A stretch of 64,000 nucleotides of DNA from Ginglymostoma cirratum (Eukaryota): the NCBI GenBank assembly GCA_024137785.1, contig JAHRHZ010000012.1, positions 70,042,853 through 70,106,852 on the forward strand, read 5' to 3'. Positions 12,301 through 24,950 of the stretch are shown one piece after another (the stretch's first letter is position 1; the number at the start of each line of letters is the position of its first letter). The notes below the pieces were generated by a model. It did not search any database, was not told where the DNA came from, and saw nothing but the letters and a program-made list of their open reading frames with translations. A program made the position numbers and the translations under genes.

Positions 12301-13370
12301 CTGCTGTTCTTTCTCATCCTGGCTACTAGCCTTTGTTTCACTCTCACATCCTCTATCCTCAGGTTTATGACGGTCATAGAAAAGCAGTTTAGTTTTATAG
12401 ATCAGCTTGTAATTGTCAGCCATTACTGCTGCTTGTCTACCAGTTGCAACCCTTAGGTTCTCAACATGTATTGTAACTGCAAAAAAAAAATTGGTGAGTT
12501 TTATTTAAATCTCTAAAACCTTCAAAATTACTTTGATTTACTATTTCAAATTTGATATATATTCATTCAGTGTTCTTCCTCAGACGTCTAAATTTTTACT
12601 TGCGCACTTCAGGAACTAACTCTTGCAAACAGAATTGCCTTCCTACAACGTCATAGTCCGCAGCAATCTTTTCTGACAGTAATGCTTAAACTTCATGTGG
12701 TTTACTTGTAAAATCCAGCTTTCCTTCAGCTACTTCATTTCTTTTGCTATTTTCACAAACAACAAGGAGAATGCTTCGACATCCTTTCCCCCTACTAGAC
12801 TTTAGATTATGACTACAAACTTCCTCATTACAGCCTTTGTCAGAATCTAACATCTCCTTTAGAAAATGTACAATTTTAAGATGATATTCATCTCTTTCTA
12901 CCCATTCCATTTCTCTCTGAAATGCAATTTTAAATTTTCTTATCTCATATCTTGCTTTTCTAGTTTCCTTTTCCATTATTTTATTCCAGAGCTTGTTCAT
13001 TTTCTATTTTGAGCTGCTTTATCTCTTTCTATGTTCAAGCTGCTTTAATTTAATTGTGTCTTTTCCATCGCGAGTGACTCGTCACTTGGTGAACCTAGTC
13101 CCTCCTGTTTTTCAACCAATCTCAGATACTTTGCCAATATTTCAATTATCTCTGCCTTCTGAGCTTTGGCAGGCAACTATACTTTGAATTCATTTGCCAA
13201 TTCCAGCAGTCTAGCTTTTTTTAACCGCCTCTGAATCCATCAGGGATGTCTATTCCAACAGCAGAATGTTGACCTTGTTCAAGCTTTACTATTTGCACAA
13301 ACTGCACATCCAATCATACAATATCCCCTTGCAAAAGATCCCAACAGCAAGCCCCCAAAACGTTTGTTAC
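9350..13370 (-). mobile_element. Decayed Gmr1-like Gypsy LTR retrotransposon (gag/SCAN-like, protease, integrase, truncated RT)
   Basis: Minus-strand remnants: ELVPEVRK*KFRRLRK (gag, about 12.6 kb); IAHEIPMA...GPWPKTKAGHQYILIIM and GLDFLLIATRDSPNE (integrase, 10.4-11.0 kb); VDWKKVNAVAKSDSSPVP and VPLTSKAKDISDF (RT, 9.45-9.65 kb). PBS-like sequence at 13337-13357. Confidence 0.8.
11790..12137 (+). mobile_element. tRNA-derived shark SINE nested in the Gypsy element
   Basis: B-box-like ggattcaaatcc, core ggtgaaatttgaattcaat...gtgactccaga, and an A-rich end. A related inverted copy lies at about 26415-26740. Confidence 0.7.
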
Positions 13371-16199
13371 GGCTTTACCAGAAAGAGCGCAAACTGATCA
13401 TTGCACCTCACTGTTCCACAAATCAGCACCAAATGTGTAAATGTATAGAATCCTAATGAGACCAACAACCAATTTTCCTAACTAACTACTATTCAGGACA
13501 GAAGTAGTTCACATCAGGTTTCGTCATTAACAATACACACCCATTTGCAAGCTTTCACTAAAGCTCCAAAAAGAAAATGGAATCTTTGGACACAAGGGCA
13601 CTGACAGGTTTGGTTTGAAAGGTTTTTGTTTGATTTGCTAAAGAACTCACCAACATATCACAGACCAACTAGAAAATACTTTTTAACCGTTTCACTTTCA
13701 GTCATTTCAAGTAAGATTATTCAGGCGATGCTTGGATATTGCTTAAAATGTTTATTTCGTTCATTTTAAATGCATTGCCAGTCATAATTAAATGTTACCA
13801 TGTCACCATTTTTAAACAATATAGTTTATGCCTGGTTTTTGCTGAGTTATGGCAGATATTGTGCTTAGTGATATGCAAATATGAGTGGAAGGCAGATAGA
13901 CGAACACCTTTCTAAACAGATACAATTTGCTCCCAAGTCACTGACTGTGCCCGCTACAGGATCTATATCCCATAATATAGAGTGCACAGTACAAGAACAG
14001 GTTGCAACAAGTAATTAAATGTCAAGTTGAGAGATTTCCTCATATAAACAATTTAGCTATATAAAGCATTGTATAGTATGTCATAGTAACACAGCCCATT
14101 AATACAGACCAGTGAAGATTCTTCGAAAGTCTTTGAATTTTATTGCAATGTATATGACTTCCAAAATATAGCTGAATAGAAGACAATATCTAAATGATTT
14201 AATTAACAAAAAAAGCTATATTGCAGCATCAAGCATCACTCCACAGTAACAGGTTTCCTTAAAGCAAGTTAATATAATTTGCTTCACGCCCAAAATAATT
14301 GAGAACTTCAGTGATAGGCTGCAAGCCAGGAATGAAAACAAACAAAGCTTGTCTTGATGTATGCACTATGGTCCACCAGGCAAGCTTATTAGCACTTAAT
14401 TAAAAACTGGACATCTGCCATTAGAACTAATTTCACTGCAACCCAAGTAACAACTTTGTCTTCTTACCAATTACCACTATTGCTCACTACTCAAGTGTTG
14501 TGTCCAATTTCTTTGATAGAAGCGGTGATGCATGTACAGCAAGCTGAACTGACAGCAATTAACAACAGGCTTTGCAAAAATAGCTAGAATGTGGACATAT
14601 AACCCCTTAGTACTATAACTCAAGGAGGAGAATAGAACTTTACACTGCAAACAGCAAATGCATCAGGCTGATTTGTCTCCCCAATAGAATTGTGGATAAT
14701 AGGATTAATTCTGTCCAACCAGCATTCAGGTTTTGAGGGTTGTGGAATTAAATAACGGTTTACACTAATCAGATTTCATATATTCAAGCGAGCTGGCAAG
14801 TTTCTATTTGAATTTCCAAATAGCACAAAAATTAAACCACTTGAATTTCCTAACAGTCTTCTGTAAACAACTAGTTGGAGATTAACAAAAAAGACTATTC
14901 AAATGCTTTTCATGTTTGTATTGTGGAAGCAATTTTGCAACACCGATTCAAAGCATGGGTAGAAATGACAATTTATTCTCAGTTTTGATTCACACTCAAG
15001 GCATTAGAGTTGTCAGATGTCAAGATGGAACTTTTCCATATCTGATGGCAACTCGAGAGCAAGTTTAATGAAATTTATTTCTTAGATGAGTGGTTGGAAG
15101 GAATAATTTTTGAAAAAAAAAGCACAAATATTCATTTTTGCATTTAGTGAGCTTTGAATTCTTTTGGGATTTTTTTTGTCCACCTAATGTACTACAGATC
15201 TGGTAATAAAGTGACTAGGTTCCTCGACCAGCAACTCAAAGTTTCTGAATCCAATTTCTGTATTGCAAAATGTGAAACTCAATTCCTTATATCTAGTAAA
15301 TTGTGGCCTGATTAAAGAAAGTAGTGGTGAAACTACGGAATTGTAAAAGCCATTTTTTAAATTAATAGGTCACCAATTATTGCCCAGGTCAAATTGTACT
15401 TGAGAAGATGAAGGTGAAGGTGAAGGTGAGCTACTTTCTTGAACCAGTGTGGTCCATTTGGTGTAAGTGCACCCATAATAGTGCTATTAGGGAGGGAGGG
15501 AGGGAGGGAGGAGGATAGTGACTCAGGACGGTGAAGGAACAGCAATACAGTTCCAAGTTAGGACCATTTATGGCTTGGAGCAGAATTTGTTAGTGAAGGT
15601 GTTCCAATGTACCTGCTGCCCTTATCCTTCTAAGCAGTGCAGGTTGCGAGTTTGGAACGTCCCGTCTAAGAAGCTTAATCGACTCCTGAAGGAGTCGCTG
15701 AGAAAACACAATCTGCCTTGCTGACTGAAGTTCTTGCTCTGGGATACTAAACACTGGCAACTTGTGTTTGGGTAGCTTGCTGCCGCCAACTTATTCTTAA
15801 CAAGAAGATGATCCGATCTAAAACAGAGATATAGCTTATGTACTTTATTGCATATACAATCATCTACAAGCCATATTAGTAACATAAAGATTGCTGCTGA
15901 CACCATGAGAAAACAGGTGGTTATTGGTCTTTATTCAATGAGATACCAAGATATCTGCCACGCCAGAATCACTAGATTGTTTGGAGCCTGATAGTCTCCA
16001 CTATTAACTCTTTCAGAACCATTATCTTTTATAACATCTCCACTCCACCTCCACCCTTGTCCCAAGTTTTGTCTCCGTCCAATCCACCACTCTCACTACT
16101 TATACACACATGTATATAAATTACACTTACAACTATCTCAAATATCTGACAACACAAAGTAAAGCAGTCTGGAAATTTTGCAATTCTTTCAGAATATTC

Positions 16200-18800
16200 T
16201 CTTTGGACTTAGAAAATTGATAGGTCTTCGACATGAGAACAGTTAACCCTGGTTATGTTCTTGACCCTATGCTTAAACAGGTAGCCAATCCATTACCTTA
16301 CATGGGGGACTCTTAATTTTTCTGTAGAACTCTTCCCTGAAAGATCAGGTCACTTTCTCGTTACATCATCTTGAGTCCTTTAATCTCATTAATTTCCTTC
16401 ATGGAAGATTGCTGTTCTGTTGAAACAACTATTTTGTTTTATGTGGTATCCTGTATTTCTGAGCCAGTCAAATTTTATTGACAGAATCCTCTATCGCAGT
16501 AACAGGTAGTTTCTTCCTAACCATGTCCTAAATCTGTGAACACTGATCATCCCAACCCAGTGTTGGCACCCAGGGAGTAGTAAGCAGCCCATCTTCCATC
16601 TGTGTAAGCAAATCTTTATTCCTAATCTGCAGAAATCACTATATTGAAATATGTAAACTCTTCATTTCAACTTGTAAATCACTTAAACATCTTAATTTGC
16701 CTTTTGGTTGTCTTACTGTTGAACGTAACATATTCATTTCCTCAGTCATGCTCTTTGAGAATAGCTGCTAACTCAGCTCCACCATTTGTAGTGATAATTC
16801 TTCCATGGAAGAAAAAGAATTGAAATATTCTTCTAGAACCAGTGTAGCTTGATCATCTTCATCAAACTTGAATCAGCTAATACTCCTTTTTTTGCCAGCT
16901 GTGTTTTTTGCGAAGAATTTGAGTTAAAGATTGATCAATAAACTCAAGTGAGTTCTACTGATCATTCTGATTCTCCTCATCTGCATTTTCTTGCAAACGA
17001 TGCAGGTTTCTACAGTGATGACCAGACCATTTTCCAATGTTCAATCTCTCTTTTGAGATGTCTGAACACCGTCCCACTGATGAAGCTGTATGTACAACTG
17101 GTGATTCCTAAAATGTCCTTGATGCATCTGTTTCAGGACATTTTTCCCAAAAGTGCAACTGGTTATTACTGTCATGTAGAATTGTGAAATGCTATCGGTG
17201 CTCAAAGTCCTTCGCTAATTCACTGAACATTTGGTCTGGCCATCCTTCAGCGCAACACTGGCAAATAGCAGTGAATTTTCAGATTTTGTTCTCAATAAAT
17301 TTACTTGAGCCTATTTTGGCTTACTGGCTGTTGGTTCTTCTCAATTATACGAAGCATACTTCTTATGTCATCCAACTAATCTCAAAGATTGTGTCTTTTG
17401 TTTGGACTCTGCCATCAGTCCAGGCAACCCAATGAAATCTTCTAGCCTTGGAGATAGTATAAGGATTGCAGATGCTGGAAGTCAGAGTCCATGAAATGTG
17501 GCAGTGGAGAAGCACAACAGGTCAGACATTGGAAGAGCAGGAAGGTCAACGTTTCAGGCTTGAACACCTGCTGCGCTTCTCCAGATCCACACTGTATCGA
17601 AATCTTCTAGCTGTTGTTCAACAGTTTGTTTTTGGACCAGCTGTTGGCTGATTGGTACACTTTTGGACAAATTGATGCAAGTCATTTTTGACCCGTTCAC
17701 TGCCCATTGTAACCAGTCAGTCAATCTCCTTTAGTGCTGGTGCAAACACTGAGGCCAAGATATATGTAAAGTTTCTTATATATGCTCTATAATCTTATGC
17801 CTTTTGATGTTGCAGCATTGCTTGTAGAAAATATTTAATCTTGAAACCTATTTCAGCTCTGTAGGTTGTAACTTCTGTTTCTTCCAATGATAAATAATCT
17901 GATAGTGACACTCAAACATAAAAGTAATGAGCTGTCCATTCTCATAAACTGATTCCATCAAACTCAAGTCAGCTGTATCATTTATTTCCCTGAATAGTGC
18001 ATTGAGTATCTTCTCTAATGCTGGTGGCTCCACCAGATTAATATTGAAAAGCAGCTATTCTGCACCAGGACTGAAAATGCTCCTTTTCCCAACAGGGATT
18101 TTTATCTTTGCTCACCTCTAATATGTGGTCACTGAACCTGTAATCTGAACTGCTCTTACTAATTCTCACCTCCTAATGGATCTGTAACTAACAGCTGCGA
18201 CTAGCTTCTTGCTCACCCTCGCTTCTACCCTTCTTACCAGGATGAGAAGCAAAAGGCTTTATCACTATTAAGTGCTGCTGTTCCCTTACTGACATTTCCA
18301 GGAATTTCTCTGCAGGCTGTCTAACCGTTCAACTGCTTCTTTGATTGGCTGTATGGATGGTTCTTAAAACTGTGAAATTAAGTTTCTTCTAGGTTGGTTG
18401 TAATTCATTCTATATAGCTAAACCAAATTCCAATCCTCACTGCTAGTAATTATGTCACTTCAATCAAATGATGCCAACTGCTGATCACCATGTCATATTT
18501 TGTTTTGCAATATCAACCACTGGTAGCACATGGTCGGGATAGTTCACTGCCACCAACTGAATGTTAACAAAAAGAGGGTCTTGTATTAACAAAGGTATAA
18601 TTTATTATGTAATAACAATCAAGTATAATTTACATTATTCAGATAAACATTGCCACCAAGATCATGATGAGACCTGTGAACATAAGTCTTTACTCATGAG
18701 ATCCGAGATGTCTTTCCCCACCCAAGCCAAATGGCATCAGATTGATTAAGGCTTAACGCAGTCTCCAACATTAACCTTTTCTAAACCATTACCTTATATA
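16200..18800 (-). mobile_element. Possible second, heavily decayed LTR retrotransposon remnant
   Basis: Minus strand shows an LTR-end-like GTGACA followed by PBS-like ctagcagtgaggattgg (about 18430-18458), broken gag-like ORFs (17848..18033) and a possible protease TGSRR remnant near 16840. Support is weak. Confidence 0.4.
17450..17600. mobile_element. Penelope-derived short repeat, old copy
   Basis: tgcagatgctggaagtcagag...gcaggaaggtcaacgtttcagg resembles the copies at 55021 and 58688. Confidence 0.6.
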
Positions 18801-21800
18801 ATACTGACCTTGTAAGCATTTCATGCCTTCATTGCAACAAGAGATTCATAGATCTTTTCAGTATTACCAATTGCCCAAATTAATAAATTTAAAAACCTAG
18901 TCAATGCACTATCCCAATACAAACAATCTTAAAACGAACATTTCTGTTTTAGTGCTGAATTCTTTTGGAGCAGTCTAAGTGAAAATTTAGAAGTCATGTC
19001 TGCAGTACTCTGTGAGCAGAGATGAATTAACTGATCCTGACCATCACATTTAATCAAAGTTTTCTTTTTATTATAAGTTATCATATGATTGAGGCTGTAT
19101 CATCAAGCAATCAGAAAGCCTGGAAAGGAGGCAAGGGAGGGGAAAAAAATGATGAAAAGGAATCAATTAGGCATCAGCAGAATCCATAGGATATACAGCT
19201 CAATATTTAAGAGTACAACTCCCAAAAACAAAATAAACCTATCCGTATTAATCACTCTGACGGAGTCAACAAGCTATTTGTGTTTCTTTGCATTAGTGTG
19301 TGAGCCAACAGCCATGAAGAAATACCAGTGAGGTTCCTGAAGTATGTTGAGTCACTCATTTGTTTTAGCCTACAATTTCTCAAAAATTTTGCAAGGTACT
19401 TTACGTTAACAGTGAGCATTTAGAAATGGCTGAATTTGTGGTCAATATCACTGGGCACAGCATGGTGTACATATGCACAGAGTGTTGCTTTTAAGCTCAC
19501 ATCCACAGCAAATAAATGCAAATAACTTAGTCAGTATCAGAGGGATACAAGCACCTTGCAGGGAATGGTTCTAGGGAGAAAATCTAAAAAGGGCTTCTTA
19601 TCACATTGCTGCCAAAAACCTGTTGATATGATAGCTCCAAGTATGTTAAAAATATAAAACAATTTGATCCAAATTGAGAGTCACAACATAATTTACTTTC
19701 AGGTATCACACAAAGACACAGTAGTAGCAATGAATACTGGAAAAGAATTGCATGTTTGATTTGAATGAGCCTGTAATTACCTCAATTCTTACTTGAGGTC
19801 AAATATTTTGCTCGAAGAGATCGTAGAAATTCATTTACACTGAACAGGAGAAAATCATTGCATGTTGTATTTGAACGAGATCAGTTACTCCAAAGTTTGC
19901 TATTTTTGAAGATTTCAAATACGATCAAGAGTATTTATACTAATGGCATGATGTCATGTGCGCAGATAGATCACAGCAGGCCTAATTCCTGGTGGCTCCC
20001 TATCGTCTCTATTGGGAACACACTCCATTTAAGAACGTATTTTCCTGTGCAAGTCAAATCTGCAAACTATTAACATTCTATCCACTGTAATTTTAGAAAT
20101 GGAAATAACTATTTTCTCTTTCAACATAAAAGTTACAATTTGAAATATGATTAGAACAGAATTTGCTAAATCTCTACTTCTGAGGCCAGAGCTGTCAAAA
20201 TTTTACAGGTTGTGAATATCTTCACAGCAGTTACAATGACTCATCAGTAGACATCATCTATCCTCTTTTTACGCTATGCTCTTAAACATACTTCAAGCAG
20301 TCTAGTTAGTACCCCTATTAAAGAATTCAAATTTATTCCATCATCCTACATTGAAACAAAGTAAGTTAAAACTATAATCAATAGAACATCAATTTACCTT
20401 TGTCCTTTCTTTCGCTTCACCCTTTCCCACAGACCACACTCCCATTGTTGGGAGGATACTTAAAGCCATGTTTCATTTTTTTTTTAAACACTTAAATGTC
20501 GCCACAACCACTTAGCTTTGCCTTTATCCTTTTCCCTCATTCTGATTATTTCTAGATCCTCCAATTGACTAATTACTCTACAGAATGCACGTTCAAGAAG
20601 TTAACCCTGTTTACTGCATCTCATCATAATACAGACAGTGGATGCTAATACAAGTGAGGGAAATAGGGCAAGGGGTTGGATGGAACGCAGATAAAAATGA
20701 TCCAACACCTTTTGATCCTCTACTCAAACCTAATTATGAGATATCTTCTTTCATGAAGAACAGGATGCCTAATTTTACATAGCAATGCTAATTAAATTCT
20801 ATTAACATTTTTATGGATTTGTCTGCACAATGCACGAAAGGAAAATGGACACATCATGAGCTTTGCTAATCAAGGTGATTATCATTAATAGCAGCCAACA
20901 AAATGCAGACTTTGCCAGAAGGGATAAATGAAATCAGTCTAAAATAAAACACAATTTAGGAATATAGATTCTATGCTAATCTATAAAGCACTTAGGTCTT
21001 TCAAGAAAAGAACTTTACTAGGACTTTTGTTTCAGTTAGTTATTCTTGGTATAATTATTAGTGGATTTTAGTGCATAATCCCTATTGTCCTTTACACTAG
21101 GTCATGTCCCTTTGTGATGCAGGCAGCTGCCATAAAATGGATCAGCATTTATTTGCACTGCAGCTGCTGCTATTACAAATAGATAGACTTCTGCTGTCTG
21201 TTTCCCCTTAGGAGACAGGTTGACACATTGCATGTTCAATGACAGAGCAAAAGGTCCTGAGATTTGTCAGCCCAATTTTATGCTGTTCTGGTTTGTCAGG
21301 ATGCACCAGTTCCTCCTTAAGCAAAAATAATTCATGTGTTAGAGCACAAATTGAATTGTACCACACAGGATAATTCTGAAAGTAGCCATTTAATTTTTGA
21401 CAGAACACAAAAACAGAATAGAACAGAATTTGTTAAGCTTTACTACTTAGTTAGTGACCATATCTTTTGGAAGTTATTGACTTTGAATTTAGCAAGTGAT
21501 ATCACTGCTTTCTACCTTACGACCAAATCCCCAGCGGTCTGCATGAATTGGCTTTTCCAAATTTGGCACGACACAAAAATGGTTAAATTACCAAGTATAC
21601 TATGACTGACCACAAGTACCATTTTCAAAAAATAAACGCTTGCCAATTTATATAACTTTTGAAGTTACACTGTGTTCATTTTTAACTTTTAAAAATGACA
21701 AGGTAAAGTGATTTACAGAACGTCACTTTCTTTAGTGCTTTGTTTACCATGAAAACAGGATAGAAACATTAGTGAGATTTTCCCACTGCTGTGCCAGAGC

Positions 21801-23335
21801 TCAGTAACAGTAAAATCCAGCAAGATGGTGCATATGCTATCAACTTGATTATCAGACATCAAGTCATGAATGAGCAGTAAACTCCTATGATAAAGTATTA
21901 GACCGATAAAAGGCAGCATCTCTGGGCCCCATTAAAAAACTTCATGAGCCAGTTACCAACTACTTCCTCTCTGTAGTTAACACCTCAGGCATGTCCACAC
22001 TGTTTGCAAACAAAGTCTTGTTAGACCCAAATTTGAGCTTCCAAGCTCATAAGCTTTCCATACTAAGAATGTTACTTCCATCTCTAAACTTCAGCTCATC
22101 CAAAATTCCCTGTCCATTTCTTTAAAAGCATGATATTGCTTAAGAATCAGAGAACACAAATATAAATTATTTCTTATTGTGGAGTTTCTATCTGCAGATT
22201 GGATAAAACAGAGTTTGGAGCAATTGTTGTACAACATAATATGATAAGACTAAAGTAGATTGAGAGATGCAGGGGGATGGGGAGTAGAGATGGCGATGAA
22301 ATTAAAAGGGGCGAGAGCATGGGACAAGAGAAAGGGTTAGAAGTTAAAAGGAATGTGTGGGAAGGTTATAAAACTTACTGAAACCTCAATAAGGCATGTA
22401 CATGTAAAACAGCATGAAAAATGTACTCCTAAATGTCACTGACATTGTTTCAGAACAGAATCATTAAAAATAAAATAAAAGGTCATCCCATCAGTTTATT
22501 TCACCTAATTGACTGCCAATAGCTTACCAGAGGCAATCTGACTGTAGATCTATAATTGAGAAATGATGAAAGAAAACTTTTCAAGCAGTACGCAATTCAT
22601 TTATCAGCACTAATCCACCGCTTTTATTTTTCAATCTCCAGTTGGAAAGTAATTTTGAGTCCAGATGGATTAACTAGTCTCTTTGTCTAAAGATGTCATT
22701 GGTCTTTGCCAGTGTTAATCCTTACAACGGCATGTCTAATTATCATTACAAAGTGCCTCAGAGAACTATAAAAACCAGCAGGGCATCTTCACACAGGCAA
22801 TTAGCATAAATTGATAAATGAGTAACTTGAATTTGCCAAATCCTCTCATGCACGATGCAAATTAAAATAAAAGTGGGTTGTTTTAGCAAGTTAGAAAATA
22901 TCAAAATTTACAAAATCCATTTCTTGTGACTAATGTGATACAGAAGGAAGGGGAATAAAATCGAAAGCACCAAGACTTACAGGGTTTATTTCATAAAAAT
23001 TGTGCAAAATTGACTTTCGAATCACAATATTTCAGTCACAAGGACACAGCAAAGACACAGGAAAATGACTTGATCAAGAAGCATATTGACTGGCTAAATT
23101 TCACAGCCCATTAGAAAACACAATTGTCAAAGATTAATTACAGATTTCCACTTAGCATCAAAGACAACATTATTTTATGTATAAAATCTGAATAAGGAAT
23201 TTAAAGGAATGAAGATGTCATTCTAAAGAACATTACATATATTACCCTAAAACACCAACACACAATACACAAATAAAAGTAAGTGAATAAGATGGGTATA
23301 CACACTGTAAGAGGCAGACTGGGAAGCCCACGTAC

Positions 23336-23410
23336 CCCGATGATGCTGTTCAACTCTGCCATGGTCACTTGTTTTGCACGCTCCACAGCCTGTGCCACCT
23401 GTTGTTGATG
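23336..23410 (-). CDS. TLE1: TLE1 exon 6 (75 nt): [25 protein letters not shown]; extendable to 23306 by an alternative donor
   Basis: gaacaag|CAT CAA CAA CAG...ATC GGG|gtacgt. A second donor, ACA|gtgtgt, lies 30 nt downstream. Confidence 0.95.
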
Positions 23411-24410
23411 CTTGTTCACAGAAAGAAGATTCTTGTGTTAAATTGTTAGTCTTCATAAATAAATCCTGTTGCATTTAGAAAACTGAATTATATATGAAAT
23501 TTGTTTCATTTATTATGCTGGTGTTGGACAAAAGTGGAACTGTGTATATCAAAACACATTTTACAAGAAACCAAATTCAAAGTCAAACAGCATCACACGT
23601 TAATGCACCAGTGTACAGTATGCCAGATGCAGCAAGAGAAACCTCAGTTAAGTGCCCATTCTACCTGTGTTAGCCTCAACAATAAATATCAGCAAAGTGT
23701 TTAACTGAACTAGGCTGTACCATCATTCAACAACAGGAACAAATACCTAGCAGGAGTCAGTGGACAGGGAAGAGTGAAAAACATTAAAGTTGTCTCTCGC
23801 CATCATCTCTTCCAAACAACCATTATTGATTAAGACTGTGAAGGTTTATTGTAGCACTGGATCAGTCTCCTAGTTGAGATCAGCTAATTCTGTACTGACC
23901 AGGAATCAAGGTGGAATTGGTCAGTATACTCATGACATCACATACATGCACTTACGTGCATGTCTGCATGCACATGACAGGGTGTGTAGGTGCATGCATG
24001 TGCGCACACATGTGTAGAGGTAGTTTTGTTACAGTCTAATTTGTTTATGAAACAGTTCTCAACAACAGTTCCTTTTGGACCATTGATGGGGATGTAAAAA
24101 GTGAAAATATATAATACCTTTTCCTTGCAAACCATTTATTAACCAAAAAATGTGAAATGAGGAAAATATAATTAAAACAAAGACATGAACTCATAATGAC
24201 AAGTTCTGATATTTAGCAAGTCAGTTTCATCCTGCAATTTAGCATGTGAAGTACAGTACTCATCATGTTATATTAGAACTTACACATAAAAACACTCCTC
24301 GTAAAACAGTAAATGAGATATTCACAATAATCATTACTAAAACAGAGTAACTTCCGAACACTGAACAGAAATGCAAATAAACAACTAAACAATTCAATGA
24401 GTTCACTTAC

Positions 24411-24473
24411 TTCCTGAGACAGAAAGGGAATCACTTGTGCACAAATCGTATTCAGACGTTTGGCTATTTCTGT
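24411..24473 (-). CDS. TLE1: TLE1 exon 5 (63 nt): TEIAKRLNTICAQVIPFLSQE
   Basis: cttatccag|ACA GAA ATA GCC...CAG GAA|gtaagt. TEIAKRLNTICAQV is the TLE1-type sequence; TLE4 has AEIVKRLNAICAQV. Confidence 0.96.
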
Positions 24474-24719
24474 CTGGATAAGAAGATGACAATTGATTAA
24501 TTTTTTAAACATCAGCACCTACTTGTGAAATATTCTGTAAATGAGAAAATAAACTTTACAATATAGTAAATCAAGTGACAAATGTTTCTAATGTAGTGTA
24601 AAATATCCCTAATAAAAAAATCATTAATAAAAGAAACAAATCTTTTTGATCAGCATAAGCACAATGAAAAGCAACTAAACTGAAGTTCTCTTGTTGAATT
24701 TTGAAGCAAAAAAAAAAAT

Positions 24720-24950
24720 GTTGTAGAGTCTCAGAGTTACACAGTACAGGAACAGCCCTTCGGTCCAACTAGCCCATGCCAAACATAATCCCAAACTAGA
24801 CTAGTCCCACCTGCCTGCTCTTAGCCCATAGCTCTCCAAGCCTTTGCTATTCATGTACTTATCGAAGTGTCTTTTAGATTTGTAAGTGTGCCCACATCCA
24901 TCACTTCCTCAGGAAGCTCATTCCACATGCAAACCACCCTCTACTCCTTG
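24720..24950 (-). mobile_element. CR1 LINE 3' end
   Basis: acacagtacaggaacagcccttcggtccaac...acatccatcacttcctcaggaagctcattccac is the reverse complement of a CR1 3' region. Confidence 0.7.

Noticed and set aside
12686-13000. 104-aa charged ORF as a host gene
   Set aside because: It lies between the PBS and SCAN-like remnants of the Gypsy element and is best read as decayed gag.
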